Shown here: piece after piece, positions 62,791 to 64,000 of the stretch
Position numbering within the stretch: the first letter of the stretch is position 1
How the letters are laid out: the number at the start of each line of letters is the position of its first letter
Source: Octopus sinensis
Lineage: Eukaryota
NCBI RefSeq assembly: GCF_006345805.1
Contig: NC_043004.1
Location: 73,780,001-73,844,000, forward strand
Direction of reading: 5' to 3'
DNA length: 64,000 nt
Made by a program: the position numbers and the translations under genes
Notes under the pieces: generated by a model
Seen by the model: the letters and a program-made list of their open reading frames with translations, nothing else
Told to the model about the DNA's origin: nothing
Databases searched by the model: none

Positions 62791-63106
62791 CCCCCAACTA
62801 GCAATATATGTTGTATATAAAGGGTGCAGCGTCGCACCGATAACCAGCCGGCGGACGATCTGCTTGGGGTTAAACTAGTAGTAATATGGAACAGCCACTT
62901 TGTTTTTATGCGACTGACTACTTTTTATATCTGATTCGTTTTTGGAATCGTCTCTCGAAGTAATATAACGCAATAAACAATTGCATGAAATTTGAAGATG
63001 AAATATGTATATGTGTGCGTGTATTTGTATTAACAGCTTCATTCACAATTACGATACGTACCTATCTGCATCTGCGCGCACACACACACACACACATTTA
63101 CATCCA

Positions 63107-63462
63107 TCCATCCATCCATACATACATACATATATACATACATACATACATACATACATACATACATACATACATACATACATACATACATACATACATA
63201 CATACTACACACACACATACATACATACATACATACATACATACATACATACATACATACATGCATGCATACATTACATACATACATACACGCATACATT
63301 ACATACATACATACACGCATACATTACATATATACATACATACATACATACATACATACATACATACATGCATACATACATACATACATACATACATACA
63401 TACATACATACATACATACATACATACATACATACATACATACATACATACATACATACATA
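63107..63462. repeat. (TACA)n array
   Basis: Directly visible. Confidence 0.95.
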
Positions 63463-64000
63463 AACTGTAATCATTTTCAAACTTATGGGTTTTCCTCCTC
63501 GCCGCTGTGTTTGTTGTCAGTTCCGCACCAATTCTTTCAACAACCCACTCAAAAGTTCACATCAGACGCTCAGTCATTTCCACCCAACCTAGGTTTTATG
63601 CCACGGGGAACAACCTACCCACGCTCGTTTCTTAGTCACCAAAATATGGTGACATATAAAAGACAGGGTCAACAAGGTCAGTAGAATGGACTTCTCATTT
63701 TTTGTCTTTTCCTCTTTAATTTTGCAATCCCACATGAAATTTCCTGCATCTGACTTCATTTCGTGATGTTCTATGTACATACATATTATTTTGCATAGAG
63801 GGCAGCACGGAATATTTCCCTTATCAGCTATTAATTGGAGTTGACCTCAACGATTTGTATGTATACATATACATGCATTTATATGTGTGTGTGGTGTGTG
63901 TGTGTATGTGTGTGTGTGTGCGTGTGTGCCTGCGTGTGTGTGCTTATGAAGGGACATGGCCTAGTGGTACATATGGTAGGGCCTGTTGAGGAAAAGAAAT

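Noticed and set aside
63655-63683. TATA box plus TCAGT initiator
   Set aside because: Spacing is 25 nt rather than ~30, with no supporting downstream exon; expected by chance in AT-rich DNA.

Overview
AT-rich, repeat-dominated eukaryotic intronic or intergenic DNA. The SINE families and the extreme microsatellite load point to an octopus (cephalopod) genome, which is an inference from recognised repeats. No complete protein-coding gene can be supported, and most ORFs in the track are translations of (TA)n, (TG)n, (TACA)n or (TTC)n microsatellites. Mobile elements found: one decayed Ty3/Gypsy LTR element lacking RT/RNase H (6639-9600); five Tc1/mariner-superfamily relics, three of them internally deleted with both TIRs kept; RTE and CR1-like LINE fragments; at least four tRNA-derived SINE families, including tandem 'headless' arrays; Helitron/Helentron-like non-autonomous elements; MITEs; and a foldback element. 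The best leads are a Drosha-sized 38-bp hairpin (57081-57165) that folds better on the minus strand (candidate pre-miRNA), several low-confidence minus-strand exon candidates that might form its host transcript, and a decayed HDV-like ribozyme candidate next to a 17-bp hairpin at the 5' end of an RTE-type UTR (13538-13668).
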